DNA from: a virus
Lineage: Duplodnaviria; Caudoviricetes
IMG/VR virus record: IMGVR_UViG_3300043173_000130
Coordinates: 1 to 40,186 of that record
Direction: 5' to 3' (one strand)
DNA: 40,186 nucleotides
Position numbers and translations under genes: made by a program. The notes beneath the pieces were generated by a model, which was not told where the DNA came from, ran no database searches, and saw only the letters and a program-made list of their open reading frames with translations. Positions within the stretch are counted from its first letter, which is position 1; every line of letters starts with the position of its first letter. Positions 23,554 through 32,778 of this stretch are shown here, piece after piece.

Positions 23554-24680
23554 GTGAGCAAAGTTTAAAAGAGTCATTGGAGGCCGCATTCGATGGAGAT
23601 ACTGAATCTGTTGATAGAGGTGCTGTGGAAGAGGCCGCTGGCGTGGTTGAAGAAACAGTGGCAGAGAATGAAGGCAGCACTGAAGAGACCGAAACTGCGT
23701 CTGCGGGAGAATCCTTACCAGATGAAGGGGACACCAGTACCGTCGATTCAGGAGCAGAAGAAGAATCACGAGAAGGCGATGAAGGCGCCGGTGCAGAAGG
23801 TAGAGCCGAGGGCGAAGAAGAGCCAGAAAAAGAAGAAAAAGCTGAGTTAGCTGCTCCCTATGGCTGGAAGCCAGCTATGCGGGAGAAGTACTGGGGTGAA
23901 CTTCCTGACGAGGTAAAGGCTGAGGTAATACGCCGTGAGGTGGACATTGCCAAGGGAATGGAAATAGCCAAAGGTGCTCGTGACCTGGAAAAGGAGTTTA
24001 ATTCTAGAGTAGCTCCTTATGCGGCTGAAATTGCCAGCCGAGGCGTGCAGCCGATGGACGCCTTTGAAAACTACTTGGCGACCGCCCACAACCTGCGCCA
24101 CGCGAACGCTCCTGAGAAGGCCGCTCTTATAGCTGGAATCATCCAGCAGTATGGTGTGGATGTGGAGCAGTTGGATGGCATTCTTACAAAGCAGATTCAA
24201 GGTGCTCCTGCTTCTGGTGAGGGTAATCCCGACGTAGTTGCGGCCATCAACAAGGCTCTGGCTCCTGTCAATCAATTCATGAGCAGCTATCAGAATCAGC
24301 AGGTTACTCAAGCTGAGACTCAGCAGACTACTATAAACGATGAGATAGCTGCGTTTAAGGGAAAACCTGAAAACGAATTTTACATGGATGTAAAAGAAGA
24401 CATGGCAAATTTGTTGGAAGCTGCTGCAATGCGGTCGCAAAATATGACTTTACAAGAGGCATACGACCGTGCTATATTATTGCACAGTGACATAGCACAG
24501 ATCGTCTCAGAGCGCAGGCTGCAAAGCGAAGCGCGCAAGAAAGACGAGGCGGCTAAAGCGGCGAAAGCGAAGAGTGTGGGAGTTGTCAGTACGTCACCGG
24601 ATCCCGGGCGTGAGGCAACAAAGTCCACATCACTCCGCGGAGCCTTGGAAGCCTCCTTTGATGCTAACGCCATGGACTAG
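23550..24680 (+). CDS. Capsid scaffolding protein
   Basis: Acidic N-terminus, helical core, repeated SL..LEA.FD termini; directly upstream of the capsid gene. Confidence 0.8.
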   Translation: MSEQSLKESLEAAFDGDTESVDRGAVEEAAGVVEETVAENEGSTEETETASAGESLPDEGDTSTVDSGAEEESREGDEGAGAEGRAEGEEEPEKEEKAELAAPYGWKPAMREKYWGELPDEVKAEVIRREVDIAKGMEIAKGARDLEKEFNSRVAPYAAEIASRGVQPMDAFENYLATAHNLRHANAPEKAALIAGIIQQYGVDVEQLDGILTKQIQGAPASGEGNPDVVAAINKALAPVNQFMSSYQNQQVTQAETQQTTINDEIAAFKGKPENEFYMDVKEDMANLLEAAAMRSQNMTLQEAYDRAILLHSDIAQIVSERRLQSEARKKDEAAKAAKAKSVGVVSTSPDPGREATKSTSLRGALEASFDANAMD

Positions 24681-24776
24681 TCTCCCGCTTGGGGAGTCTC
24701 TACAGCAAGGGGTTCACAGCCCAGCCCAGTAGAGGAAAACCGAGTAGGTATCCATCCATTTATTGGGAGACTTAAC

Positions 24777-25754
24777 GTGGCATTTCCAAACGTATCCGAT
24801 ATCATCGCGACGACCATTGAGAGTCGTACGCGGCAAATCGCGGATAACGTCACCAAGAACAACGCGCTGCTCAAGCGCCTCGAAGACCGGGGCAATGTGA
24901 AGCCGTTTGGTGGCGGATCCATCATTTACCAAGAACTGAGCTTCGCCGAGAACTCCAATGCGGGGTGGTACAGCGGCTACGATCTCCTGCCCGTGGCAGC
25001 GCAGGACGTCATCAGCGCGGCCGAGTACAACATCCGGCAGCTCGCAACTCCGGTGGTCATGTCCGGTCTGGAAATGCTCCAGAATAATGGCCGCGAGCGC
25101 ATGATTGACCTGATGGAAGGTCGATTGAGCGTGGCTGAGTCCACAATGGTGAACCAGCTTTCCGAAGGCGTGTATTCCGACGGCACCGGCGACGGTGGCA
25201 AACAGTTGGAAGGTCTGGACCTCGCGGTCCTCGAGAGCGGTGTGGGCACTTACGGTGGTATCGACCCCGGCTCCTTCGCTTTCTGGTCTTCGGGCAAGTT
25301 CGATTCGGCTGTGGTCAACAGTGGCAACCTCACGGCAGCCAACATCCAGAATCTCATGAACTTCGCATGGGCCAGTCTCGTCCGCGGTAGTGACCGCCCC
25401 GACCTGATTCCCATGGATTCTGGTTTCTGGAATATGTACATCGCCAGTCTGCAAAGCCTCCAGCGTTTCGCCGGCACCGAAGTCGGCAAGCTGGGCTTCC
25501 CGACCATCAAGTACATGGATGCCGACTGCGTCCTGGACGGTGGTATCGGCGGGTTCGCTCCGACGGACACGGCGTGGATGCTCAACACCAAGTACATCTT
25601 CCTGCGCCCGCACAGGGACCGGAATATGGTGGCCTTGATGCCGAGCAAGCGGTATGCCATCAACCAGGACGCTGAAGTGCAGATCCTGGGCTGGGCTGGA
25701 AATCTGACCTGCTCGGGTCGTCAATTTCAGGGTCGCCTCTTCGACCTGACTTAA
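24777..25754 (+). CDS. Major capsid protein
   Basis: SDIIATTIESR..IADNVTKNNALL N-terminus, NQDA.V...WAGNLT C-terminus; strong codon bias; followed by terminator. Confidence 0.92.
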   Translation: MAFPNVSDIIATTIESRTRQIADNVTKNNALLKRLEDRGNVKPFGGGSIIYQELSFAENSNAGWYSGYDLLPVAAQDVISAAEYNIRQLATPVVMSGLEMLQNNGRERMIDLMEGRLSVAESTMVNQLSEGVYSDGTGDGGKQLEGLDLAVLESGVGTYGGIDPGSFAFWSSGKFDSAVVNSGNLTAANIQNLMNFAWASLVRGSDRPDLIPMDSGFWNMYIASLQSLQRFAGTEVGKLGFPTIKYMDADCVLDGGIGGFAPTDTAWMLNTKYIFLRPHRDRNMVALMPSKRYAINQDAEVQILGWAGNLTCSGRQFQGRLFDLT

Positions 25755-25774
25755 TCCAGGTGGTGGGTTGCTTC

Positions 25775-25804
25775 GGGTAGGGGTTCGCCCCTACCCACTT
25801 TTTT
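25775..25804 (+). terminator. Intrinsic terminator after the capsid gene
   Basis: gggtagggg-ttcg-cccctaccc followed by T6. Confidence 0.9.
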
Positions 25805-25817
25805 CAGGAGAAAACTT

Positions 25818-26324
25818 ATGGCTTATAAATTAGCCAATCATCAAGCAGGCTTCCCCGCTCTGGATGACGTTCGCACTACTGCGGGAGTGCCCCCTGGCAC
25901 TATCGTTCCAGTTATGGACTACGACCAGACCATCCCCAGGGGTGGTGAGGCTATTTACCTTGAGGCAGAGGGCGCGGCTATCGTTGTCGGGTCACTGGTG
26001 GAAGTTGACCATCTCGCTGGGTCTATTTTAGCTCCGGCAACGGGGGGCGTAGGCTCGGTTGCAGTGTCTCTCAACATCGTTCCGGACGAGTCATTCGCAT
26101 GGTTCCTGATTACGGGAATTGCGGCGATCAAAGCTCCAAACGCAGCGACCCCCGGCGCAGCAGTCTTTTCGCTGGCGGCGGTGCCCGGTAGTGTGGACGA
26201 CGCTGCGGTGAATGGTGAGCAGATTCTGAATGCGGAGTTCAACACCACTACAGGTACTCCGGCGACAGGTCTGGCCGAAGTCGAAATCAACCGCCCGTTC
26301 CATCAGGGACGTACGGACGTCTAA
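25818..26324 (+). CDS. Capsid decoration/cement protein
   Basis: Position after the capsid gene; GEAIYL, AWFLITG, GSVDDA, INRPF; RBS AGGAG. Confidence 0.7.
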   Translation: MAYKLANHQAGFPALDDVRTTAGVPPGTIVPVMDYDQTIPRGGEAIYLEAEGAAIVVGSLVEVDHLAGSILAPATGGVGSVAVSLNIVPDESFAWFLITGIAAIKAPNAATPGAAVFSLAAVPGSVDDAAVNGEQILNAEFNTTTGTPATGLAEVEINRPFHQGRTDV

Positions 26325-26352
26325 GGGTTAGCCCCTTTAGTGAGGTAAGACT

Positions 26353-26712
26353 ATGGCAGCAACAGGAAAAGCAGGGTCAATTCATGACTCTGCGACTAGT
26401 CAGGCTACGGGAGCTTTGTGCAACGGAATCGGCATTGGTACGAATGCCGTGTACGACAGAGTAGATGTTGGCAATACCCCTCCCGACACAGGGGTTCAGG
26501 GTTTTGTTGATGGGGATCAACCTGCGGCAAATCGTATAGGAGCGGGGGCCGCCCCTATACTTGAGGATGTAGTGGAGGATGCCGACATCAAGTTCCACAA
26601 AGCCGACAATGAGTTGGCTGATGGGGCACAGGATGGTGCGACAGGGTTCTACAACCATACCGGCCAGACTATCAAGGTCGGCCAGTATGCGTGGCTTGTT
26701 GAGAACGCCTAA
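26353..26712 (+). CDS. Virion structural protein (hypothetical)
   Basis: RBS GAGGT; Gly/Ala/Asp-rich. Confidence 0.7.
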   Translation: MAATGKAGSIHDSATSQATGALCNGIGIGTNAVYDRVDVGNTPPDTGVQGFVDGDQPAANRIGAGAAPILEDVVEDADIKFHKADNELADGAQDGATGFYNHTGQTIKVGQYAWLVENA

Positions 26713-27134
26713 TGGCATTAGGCATCCTTGCGTCGATGTTCGGAGGTGGTATTGCCGAGCCGATAAAAGCGGTCGGCAATATCATCGACGACCTCTTCAC
26801 GAGTGATGAGGAACGCCTTGATAAGAAGGCAGTTCTTCTACGAATCGCTCAAAGGCCCGGATTCGTCCAAGCCGAAATCAACAAGGTTGAAGCCGCGCAC
26901 CGAAGCATATGGGTTGCGGGCTGGAGGCCGTTCATTGGGTGGGTCTGCGGAGCCGCTCTTGCTTGGAACTACATTGTCCACCCTCTCGCTGTCTGGCTTC
27001 TTCTAGCTTTTGGAGACGGCACAGTTCTTGCTCCTCCGCAACTTTCACTTGGAGCGTTGATGCCTGTCGTACTTGGGCTTCTAGGTTTGGGGACTTTACG
27101 TACTGTTGAGAAGTCCTTGGGCAAGGCCAAGTAG
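26712..27134 (+). CDS. 3TM holin (GTA-type, DUF3154)
   Basis: TSDEER, EINKVEA, VAGWRPFIGWVCG, LLGLGTLRTVEK. Confidence 0.88.
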   Translation: MALGILASMFGGGIAEPIKAVGNIIDDLFTSDEERLDKKAVLLRIAQRPGFVQAEINKVEAAHRSIWVAGWRPFIGWVCGAALAWNYIVHPLAVWLLLAFGDGTVLAPPQLSLGALMPVVLGLLGLGTLRTVEKSLGKAK

Positions 27135-27143
27135 GAGATTCAA

Positions 27144-27257
27144 ATGAAAGAACTCTGGGAAAAGAAACCTGTTCGTTACGGCGTCTATGTGGCGGCGGCT
27201 ATCGCTGTCCTTATAGTCGTGGCGCAGCTCAACGACTGGTTGAGACCTTTCGGTTGA
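27144..27257 (+). CDS. 37-aa single-TM peptide (not in ORF track)
   Basis: RBS AGGAG; MKELWEKKPVRYGVYVAAAIAVLIVVAQLNDWLRPFG; TTGA overlap with next gene. Confidence 0.65.
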   Translation: MKELWEKKPVRYGVYVAAAIAVLIVVAQLNDWLRPFG

Positions 27258-27523
27258 AAACCACCATTACAGCCATCATCGGCCTGCTCGTCATAATGGG
27301 TGGCGTGTATGGGGCTAAGGTAACGCTCGACTCGGAGCACAAACTCCTCATCGCTCAGTCTGCGAAGGCACTTCAGTCAGGAGTTTCAGCGAATCAGTTG
27401 CAGATGATGCAATGGGAATACAAAGACATTATCGCCCGAGAGCAGGCTGGTAAGTCTCTCCCTGCTGATGCTGCTCGCAAGATTGTGCTCGAGTCACGCA
27501 TTGCAGAGCTGGCTAAAAAGTGA
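27254..27523 (+). CDS. Membrane-anchored coiled-coil protein, possibly lysis-related
   Basis: N-terminal TM followed by helical segment. Confidence 0.65.
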   Translation: MKTTITAIIGLLVIMGGVYGAKVTLDSEHKLLIAQSAKALQSGVSANQLQMMQWEYKDIIAREQAGKSLPADAARKIVLESRIAELAKK

Positions 27524-27524
27524 T

Positions 27525-27854
27525 ATGTCGGACATTTGGCTGTTCCATGATCGTTTCCTGACCGACGAAGGCATCAGCGAAGGCTCGGACAGGTTCAGCT
27601 CGCTAACCGATGTTTCTGGTATTCCTCCAGGTGGTGGCGCTGCGAAAAACTTGCTGATTCTCGAATCCCGCGACTGGTGGCGCTTTACTTCTGCTGAATT
27701 CGGCCCACCGGGTCAGTGGACTCTGGAGAGCATGGAGCCTATTGATGGACGGGCCATCTACATCCTGCGCCGCAACGACCACAACCCCATTGTGAACAGT
27801 CCCGAGCAAGCTCGTATGGATTTGTTGCTTACCACCCAGGACGAGTGGGGCTAG
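27525..27854 (+). CDS. Hypothetical protein
   Basis: ATG right after the previous stop. Confidence 0.65.
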   Translation: MSDIWLFHDRFLTDEGISEGSDRFSSLTDVSGIPPGGGAAKNLLILESRDWWRFTSAEFGPPGQWTLESMEPIDGRAIYILRRNDHNPIVNSPEQARMDLLLTTQDEWG

Positions 27855-27857
27855 GTA

Positions 27858-28574
27858 ATGTCGCTCGCCTTTGTCAGCTCGCACACCAACGGTGGCGTTG
27901 ATCTCACCGTAATAGCAGTCACCAGCATCCCCGCAGGCACTGACCGCCTCTATATAGCCACCGTCGGCACCAAGTCCGGCGGCGCTACGGTGGATAGCGT
28001 GGTCGGCGGCTCGCTCACCTGGAATCTCGTCAAGACCCAGTGCGGCGGGCGCAACCAGACCCGGATTACCACCTACTACGCTATCGGCTCGCCTGGCTCG
28101 TTTACCTGCACTTTCACTATGAGTGCCGAATCACAGGGCATCGCCGCCATAGTTGATGTCTACGACGGTGCTGATACAACCGCGTCCATCATCAACGGAG
28201 CAGGCGAGAATACCATCGGTCCGAATGACACAGGCTGCTCCGCTGGCTCGGACAACGGTTCACCTAACGTGCAGTTCACCGTTAGCACCCCGTCTACTTC
28301 GTTCGGCTACACGGTCAGCAACACTCGCAACAAGACCCTGACGCTCGATGGCGAATACACGCTGCGCGGAGCCGCGGTCGGAGGCTCCGGCGGCGGGCAG
28401 TCTAGAGTGGATGGTGCGGAGAACCCCACGCCCTCAGCCAGCGAATCTGCTGATCACTCTTGCGGCTCGACGGACTGGTGCATCCTCGGCATGGAGATTG
28501 TTGAGGCCAGTGCTGTTGCTGCTCCGTTCTTGCCCTTTTATCCGAAACGACCAAATGTACTTCTGAGGATGTAA
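27858..28574 (+). CDS. Beta-rich virion appendage/fibre-tip protein
   Basis: Ser/Thr/Gly-rich beta pattern; short basic C-terminal tag PFYPKRPNVLLRM. Confidence 0.7.
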   Translation: MSLAFVSSHTNGGVDLTVIAVTSIPAGTDRLYIATVGTKSGGATVDSVVGGSLTWNLVKTQCGGRNQTRITTYYAIGSPGSFTCTFTMSAESQGIAAIVDVYDGADTTASIINGAGENTIGPNDTGCSAGSDNGSPNVQFTVSTPSTSFGYTVSNTRNKTLTLDGEYTLRGAAVGGSGGGQSRVDGAENPTPSASESADHSCGSTDWCILGMEIVEASAVAAPFLPFYPKRPNVLLRM

Positions 28575-28576
28575 CG

Positions 28577-29020
28577 ATGGGTAGAATAGTTTACCAAGAT
28601 GTCGATTTAGTGCTCGTCTCAGATGCCTCACAGGACATCTGGTCAGTACAGGCTCACGCCAACCACCCCATTATCCTGCACGGGTTTGAGTTGACTAGCT
28701 CGGCAATAGTCGCAGATATGATTGAAATTAATCTGCACCGTATCACAGCGGTGGGGAGTGGGGGTGCTTCCTCTACTACCGAGGAACTTGCTGATGAGGA
28801 ATTTAGTGCGCACACCGCCACCGTAGTCTTCGAACTAACCACTCCAGGGACCAACGGTGGTAATTTGATGCGGTGGCAGTGGGAACAACTTGGCCCCGTC
28901 GGTCATGTATTCACTCCAGAAATGCGGCCAAAGGCAAAAGTTGGCGAGGGCTTTGCTTTGGGTATGTTCACGGCGGCGACGCCAACCCTTGCTGGCTGGC
29001 TTTGCTGGGAAGAACTGTAG
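28577..29020 (+). CDS. Virion appendage protein
   Basis: Beta-sandwich-like; ends in WEE motif; structural operon. Confidence 0.7.
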   Translation: MGRIVYQDVDLVLVSDASQDIWSVQAHANHPIILHGFELTSSAIVADMIEINLHRITAVGSGGASSTTEELADEEFSAHTATVVFELTTPGTNGGNLMRWQWEQLGPVGHVFTPEMRPKAKVGEGFALGMFTAATPTLAGWLCWEEL

Positions 29021-29031
29021 AGGAAACTTAA

Positions 29032-29451
29032 ATGGCATCTTACAACAAGTTTGAGACGTTCGTCGGCGACCTGGGGTTGAAGGTACACGAACTTAACGCT
29101 GATTTGCTCAAGGTTTATGCGAGCAATCTTTTACCGGATGCGGCGGCTGATTCCATCAAGACGGATTTGGCCGAAATCACGGCGCAAAACGGGTACCCCT
29201 CGGGAGGTTCTGACGTTCAGAATACTTTCTCTGAGGCGGGCGGCACCGGCACGTTGGTTGGACTCGACGTAACGTGGACTGCCTCCGCTGGCGGTTTCGG
29301 CCCTCTGCAGTATGTTATTCTCTACAACGATACTCCAGCAGGACCGGTCGACCCACTCATCTCTTGGTGGGATCATGGTAGCTCTGTATCCATTAACGAG
29401 GGCGAGTCCTTTACAGTGGACTTTGGAGCCAACATCTTTACAATAGTTTAA
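29032..29451 (+). CDS. Fibre/filament subunit-like protein
   Basis: YNKF..EIT..NGYPSGG..DVTWTASAG.FGPLQYVILYNDT..LISWWD.G..GESFTVDF; recalled as a family usually paired with GSY-repeat proteins. Confidence 0.7.
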   Translation: MASYNKFETFVGDLGLKVHELNADLLKVYASNLLPDAAADSIKTDLAEITAQNGYPSGGSDVQNTFSEAGGTGTLVGLDVTWTASAGGFGPLQYVILYNDTPAGPVDPLISWWDHGSSVSINEGESFTVDFGANIFTIV

Positions 29452-29464
29452 AAGGAGAAAAAAG

Positions 29465-29734
29465 ATGGCAAGGCCAGCAAGTGTGGAACGTGCGCCTATT
29501 GAGGTGCGCGCGAAGCAGAAAATCAAAGAGTCTGAGCTTGAGGCTCGCTATACGGACTCGATCAAAAACAACAAGTCTTTGCAGGCTTGTTGTCGGGACG
29601 TTGGCGAGAGTACCGTTGCGCTCTTCAAAACCCACGAAGATGCGAAAGGTCCCGACCTCATGATCATCGAGTGCGACGTCTGCCACCGTAAGCAGTATCG
29701 CGCAGCAGTCGGCCCGGGTCGCGTCGGGGCTTAG
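29465..29734 (+). CDS. Small Cys-containing hypothetical protein
   Basis: RBS AAGGAG; ACCR...ECDVCHR. Confidence 0.7.
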   Translation: MARPASVERAPIEVRAKQKIKESELEARYTDSIKNNKSLQACCRDVGESTVALFKTHEDAKGPDLMIIECDVCHRKQYRAAVGPGRVGA

Positions 29735-29743
29735 TAACTAGGT

Positions 29744-31423
29744 GTGGATGGCTTTATCGGCGGAGTCTATAGAAGGCTCCGCCACCCTTCTACATACCAC
29801 CTCAGGAGGCTGTTTACAGCCTTCTTGCTCGCTCCTGCGGCTATTGTTATTGGAGCAGAGGGTGGGTCATACGCGCACACAGGAACCGCAGCTAGCACTG
29901 AGCACCACTCTCTTATTAACGCGGAAGGTGGCACGTACTCGGTTAGTGGAACGGACGCTAACACTGAGCACCACTCCCTTATTGACGCGGAAGGTGGCAC
30001 GTATGTCATCTCAGGAACAGACGCTAGCCTTGAGCATCACTCTCTTGTCGGAGCTGATGGTGGCTCATACGCCATCACAGGGACGGACGCTAATACTGAG
30101 CATCACTCGGTTATTGACGCCGCTGGTGGCTCGTATGCTATCACGGGTACAGACGCCAGCCTTGAACACCATTCGGCTCTCGATGCTGCGGGCGGTTCGT
30201 ACGCAGTTACCGGCACAGCGGCTGATCTCTTACACCAAGCCCTTGTCGGAGCTGACGGAGGTTCGTATACAATTACTGGCGCTGATGCTGGGACGGCTAT
30301 CAGCGTACTCATATCGGCAGATGGCGGCTCTTACGCCATCACTGGAACCGCAGCTAGCCTCGAACATCACTCCCTTATCAGCGCAGTTGGTGGTACGTAC
30401 TCAGTATCAGGAACTGACGCCAACCTTGAACACCACAGAGTTATCTCTGCGGTTGGCGGCACGTATGCCATCACTGGCACAGATGCGAGCCTTGAGCACC
30501 ACAGTCTCATCGATGCCGCAGGTGGCACGTATGCGATCACCGGCACTGACGCCAACACCGAACATAACAGTATCCTTGGCGCAGATAGTGGGTCGTATGC
30601 AATCAGCGGTACCGACATCCTTACGGCTGTCAGCGTACTCATATCGGCAGATGGCGGCTCGTACACTGTTACCGGCACGGCTGCGGCCCTTAGACACAAT
30701 CGGGTTATCGGCGCAGATGGCGGTTCGTACTCAGTCACTGGCACCGCAGCCAACACCGAACATCACTCCGTACTTGGCGCAGACGGTGGCTCGTACTCCG
30801 TTACTGGTACCGCAGCCAATCTGGAGCATCACCTTGTTCTTGCAGCCGCAGGTGGCGCGTACTCAATCACTGGTACGGCTGCTAACACTGAGCACCACTC
30901 AGTTCTTAGTGCTGCTGGCGGCACGTATGCGATTACTGGTACAGACGCCGACCTTACAGTTAGCTTTGAAGATACCATATCGGCGGAGGGTGGGTCTTAC
31001 GTTATCTCTGGTACAGCCGCTGACCTCATTGCCACGGGAGGCGTGGGGGACAACATCCACTTGGCTGGCACGCTGGTCACTGGAGAAGGTGTTGTGGGTA
31101 CAGAAGTGCTATTCGTCCCGTCCAGTCCTTTGCCCGCAGATGTTGTGTATATTGCGGGCAGCGCGCATACTAACGCAGGACTACTCTACGTTGTCATCGA
31201 GGATGGCTTAATGGATCGCGTGTTTATTCGAGGAATAGCGCATAGGCCAGACGGAGTGAGGATAATAGAGAATACCTTGGCCGGTGACCATGTCATTGGT
31301 GGATGGCAGGTGACAAACCTGGGAGCTCAAAATGTCGAATACGATGTAGTTCCCCTAACCTTCTTTAATTGGGGTAGGGCTATTGATCCAGATAGTAAGA
31401 TGCGCACTACCGCTCTCATCTGA
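29744..31423 (+). CDS. Repetitive fibre protein with 18 tandem ~22-aa repeats
   Basis: Consensus LIxAxGGSYxITGTxAxLEHHS at 29846-31042 (66-nt period). Confidence 0.85.
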   Translation: MDGFIGGVYRRLRHPSTYHLRRLFTAFLLAPAAIVIGAEGGSYAHTGTAASTEHHSLINAEGGTYSVSGTDANTEHHSLIDAEGGTYVISGTDASLEHHSLVGADGGSYAITGTDANTEHHSVIDAAGGSYAITGTDASLEHHSALDAAGGSYAVTGTAADLLHQALVGADGGSYTITGADAGTAISVLISADGGSYAITGTAASLEHHSLISAVGGTYSVSGTDANLEHHRVISAVGGTYAITGTDASLEHHSLIDAAGGTYAITGTDANTEHNSILGADSGSYAISGTDILTAVSVLISADGGSYTVTGTAAALRHNRVIGADGGSYSVTGTAANTEHHSVLGADGGSYSVTGTAANLEHHLVLAAAGGAYSITGTAANTEHHSVLSAAGGTYAITGTDADLTVSFEDTISAEGGSYVISGTAADLIATGGVGDNIHLAGTLVTGEGVVGTEVLFVPSSPLPADVVYIAGSAHTNAGLLYVVIEDGLMDRVFIRGIAHRPDGVRIIENTLAGDHVIGGWQVTNLGAQNVEYDVVPLTFFNWGRAIDPDSKMRTTALI

Positions 31424-31767
31424 TGGCTAGCAAGATACTTGAAGGCATCGCACGTGACGGGGGCGGCCTGATGCACATTTTAGAGGAAGACTCGTGCGAC
31501 ACTTTCATCAACGGTATTCCTGTGACTAATTTAGGAGTGGTCTGCGTTGATAGTATCGCTGCCATTACACACAATTCAAGAGGACTTCCTTTTGTAGCCG
31601 ACGTACTGGCTATTGAATTTGATTCGCCAGTACTCCATTTAAATGGCTGGCCTCTTACAGCGGCAGGTCGGATTGCTGTTGGCGCAGGGCCAGTTACTCA
31701 ACAAACTAACACCATCCCGTTAAACTCTAACGGTGAAGTTGCCATTACAGAGTTAAGCCCCACCTAA
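31423..31767 (+). CDS. Small fibre-associated protein similar to the C-terminus of the repeat protein
   Basis: GIARDGGG vs GIAHRPDG and GIPVTNLG vs GWQVTNLG; TGATG coupling. Confidence 0.7.
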   Translation: MASKILEGIARDGGGLMHILEEDSCDTFINGIPVTNLGVVCVDSIAAITHNSRGLPFVADVLAIEFDSPVLHLNGWPLTAAGRIAVGAGPVTQQTNTIPLNSNGEVAITELSPT

Positions 31768-31785
31768 ACCTAAGAGGATAATAAA

Positions 31786-32430
31786 ATGAGCGCACCCGCC
31801 AATGTGATGGATACCCGGTTTGTCGATGAGCCAAGTGCTACGAGCTCACAGATGTGGCGTTACGACGACCGACTGTTTGTAGTCTTCAGGTCACAGGTCG
31901 TGTTTGACCAGAACGCCAGCAACGAGGCAAAGCGGCCCATCTACAAGGACCAAGAGTGGATTACCATCCAGGCCCCCGGCAATAAGCTGAGCAAGGTTGA
32001 CCGCCCTATTCGGGATCTTGACCTCAAGCGATTCGCCAGCCGGTATGACCTATTCAAGAGAGGCAAAACCGAGCAACAGGTAGGCACCCCCTTGAAACTG
32101 CTGCCGTGGATGCCGGAAGCAAGGGTTGAGGAGTATCAGCACTTCAAGATTCACACCGTGGAGCAGCTTGCCACGGCAGCCGATGCCATTGGGCAGAATT
32201 TCATGGGCTTCCAAACGGATAAGCAGAAGGCGCAGGACTACCTTGACGCCGCCAACCGAGGAGTCAACGCCCAAGAGCTGGAGGACAAGCTCTCCAGTCG
32301 TGACGAGGAAATTGAGCTCCTGAAAAAGCAGGTGGCGCTGATGATGTCGGGGCAGCCAGGGCCGCCCGAAGAGCCTGCACCTGAGATGGTGGAGGAGCCT
32401 AAGTCAGTGGGTATTGACGAAGAAGCCTAA
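31786..32430 (+). CDS. Hypothetical phage protein with coiled-coil C-terminus
   Basis: RPIYKD.EWITI..PG, GTPL..LPW, IHTVEQLA motifs; RBS GAGGA. Confidence 0.8.
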   Translation: MSAPANVMDTRFVDEPSATSSQMWRYDDRLFVVFRSQVVFDQNASNEAKRPIYKDQEWITIQAPGNKLSKVDRPIRDLDLKRFASRYDLFKRGKTEQQVGTPLKLLPWMPEARVEEYQHFKIHTVEQLATAADAIGQNFMGFQTDKQKAQDYLDAANRGVNAQELEDKLSSRDEEIELLKKQVALMMSGQPGPPEEPAPEMVEEPKSVGIDEEA

Positions 32431-32433
32431 CCC

Positions 32434-32778
32434 ATGATTATCCGTAAACTTAAACGGGGAGTGAGGCTAAAGGGGCTGTCCACTGAGATGTTATTTGCTG
32501 ACTCTGTAGTGGAGAGGGCCTATGAAGAGTCTGGCGCTACTGAATTGGTGATCACATCTGGTGTTGACGGCACGCATAGTGCGAATAGTCTCCACTATAA
32601 AGGCTGTGCTATTGATTATCGCCGTTGGAGTTTGCGAGAGTATGATTCTGATGGTGAACTACTTTATGATAACGCTCCTGAGGTGTCCGCTAAAATCAAG
32701 AGTCGGTTGCGGGGTCAGTTTGATGTAGTGTTGGAGAAGACTCACCTGCACGTTGAGTTTGACCCTAAGGAGGCATAA
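32434..32778 (+). CDS. Endolysin, peptidase M15-type Zn peptidase
   Basis: VITSG.DG.H..NSLHYKGCAID and HLHVEFD (H, D, H Zn ligands). Confidence 0.85.
   Translation: MIIRKLKRGVRLKGLSTEMLFADSVVERAYEESGATELVITSGVDGTHSANSLHYKGCAIDYRRWSLREYDSDGELLYDNAPEVSAKIKSRLRGQFDVVLEKTHLHVEFDPKEA

Noticed and set aside
24714-25724. 336-aa ORF antisense to the capsid gene
   Set aside because: Shadow frame produced by strong codon bias; no motifs or RBS
29846-31042. 66-nt periodicity as a CRISPR array or DGR repeat
   Set aside because: Degenerate at synonymous positions, so protein-level repeats; no constant repeat/spacer pattern and no reverse transcriptase
29742-31211. 489-aa alternative-frame ORF over the repeat gene
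   Set aside because: Stays open because of the repetitive codons; the other frame has the coherent repeat
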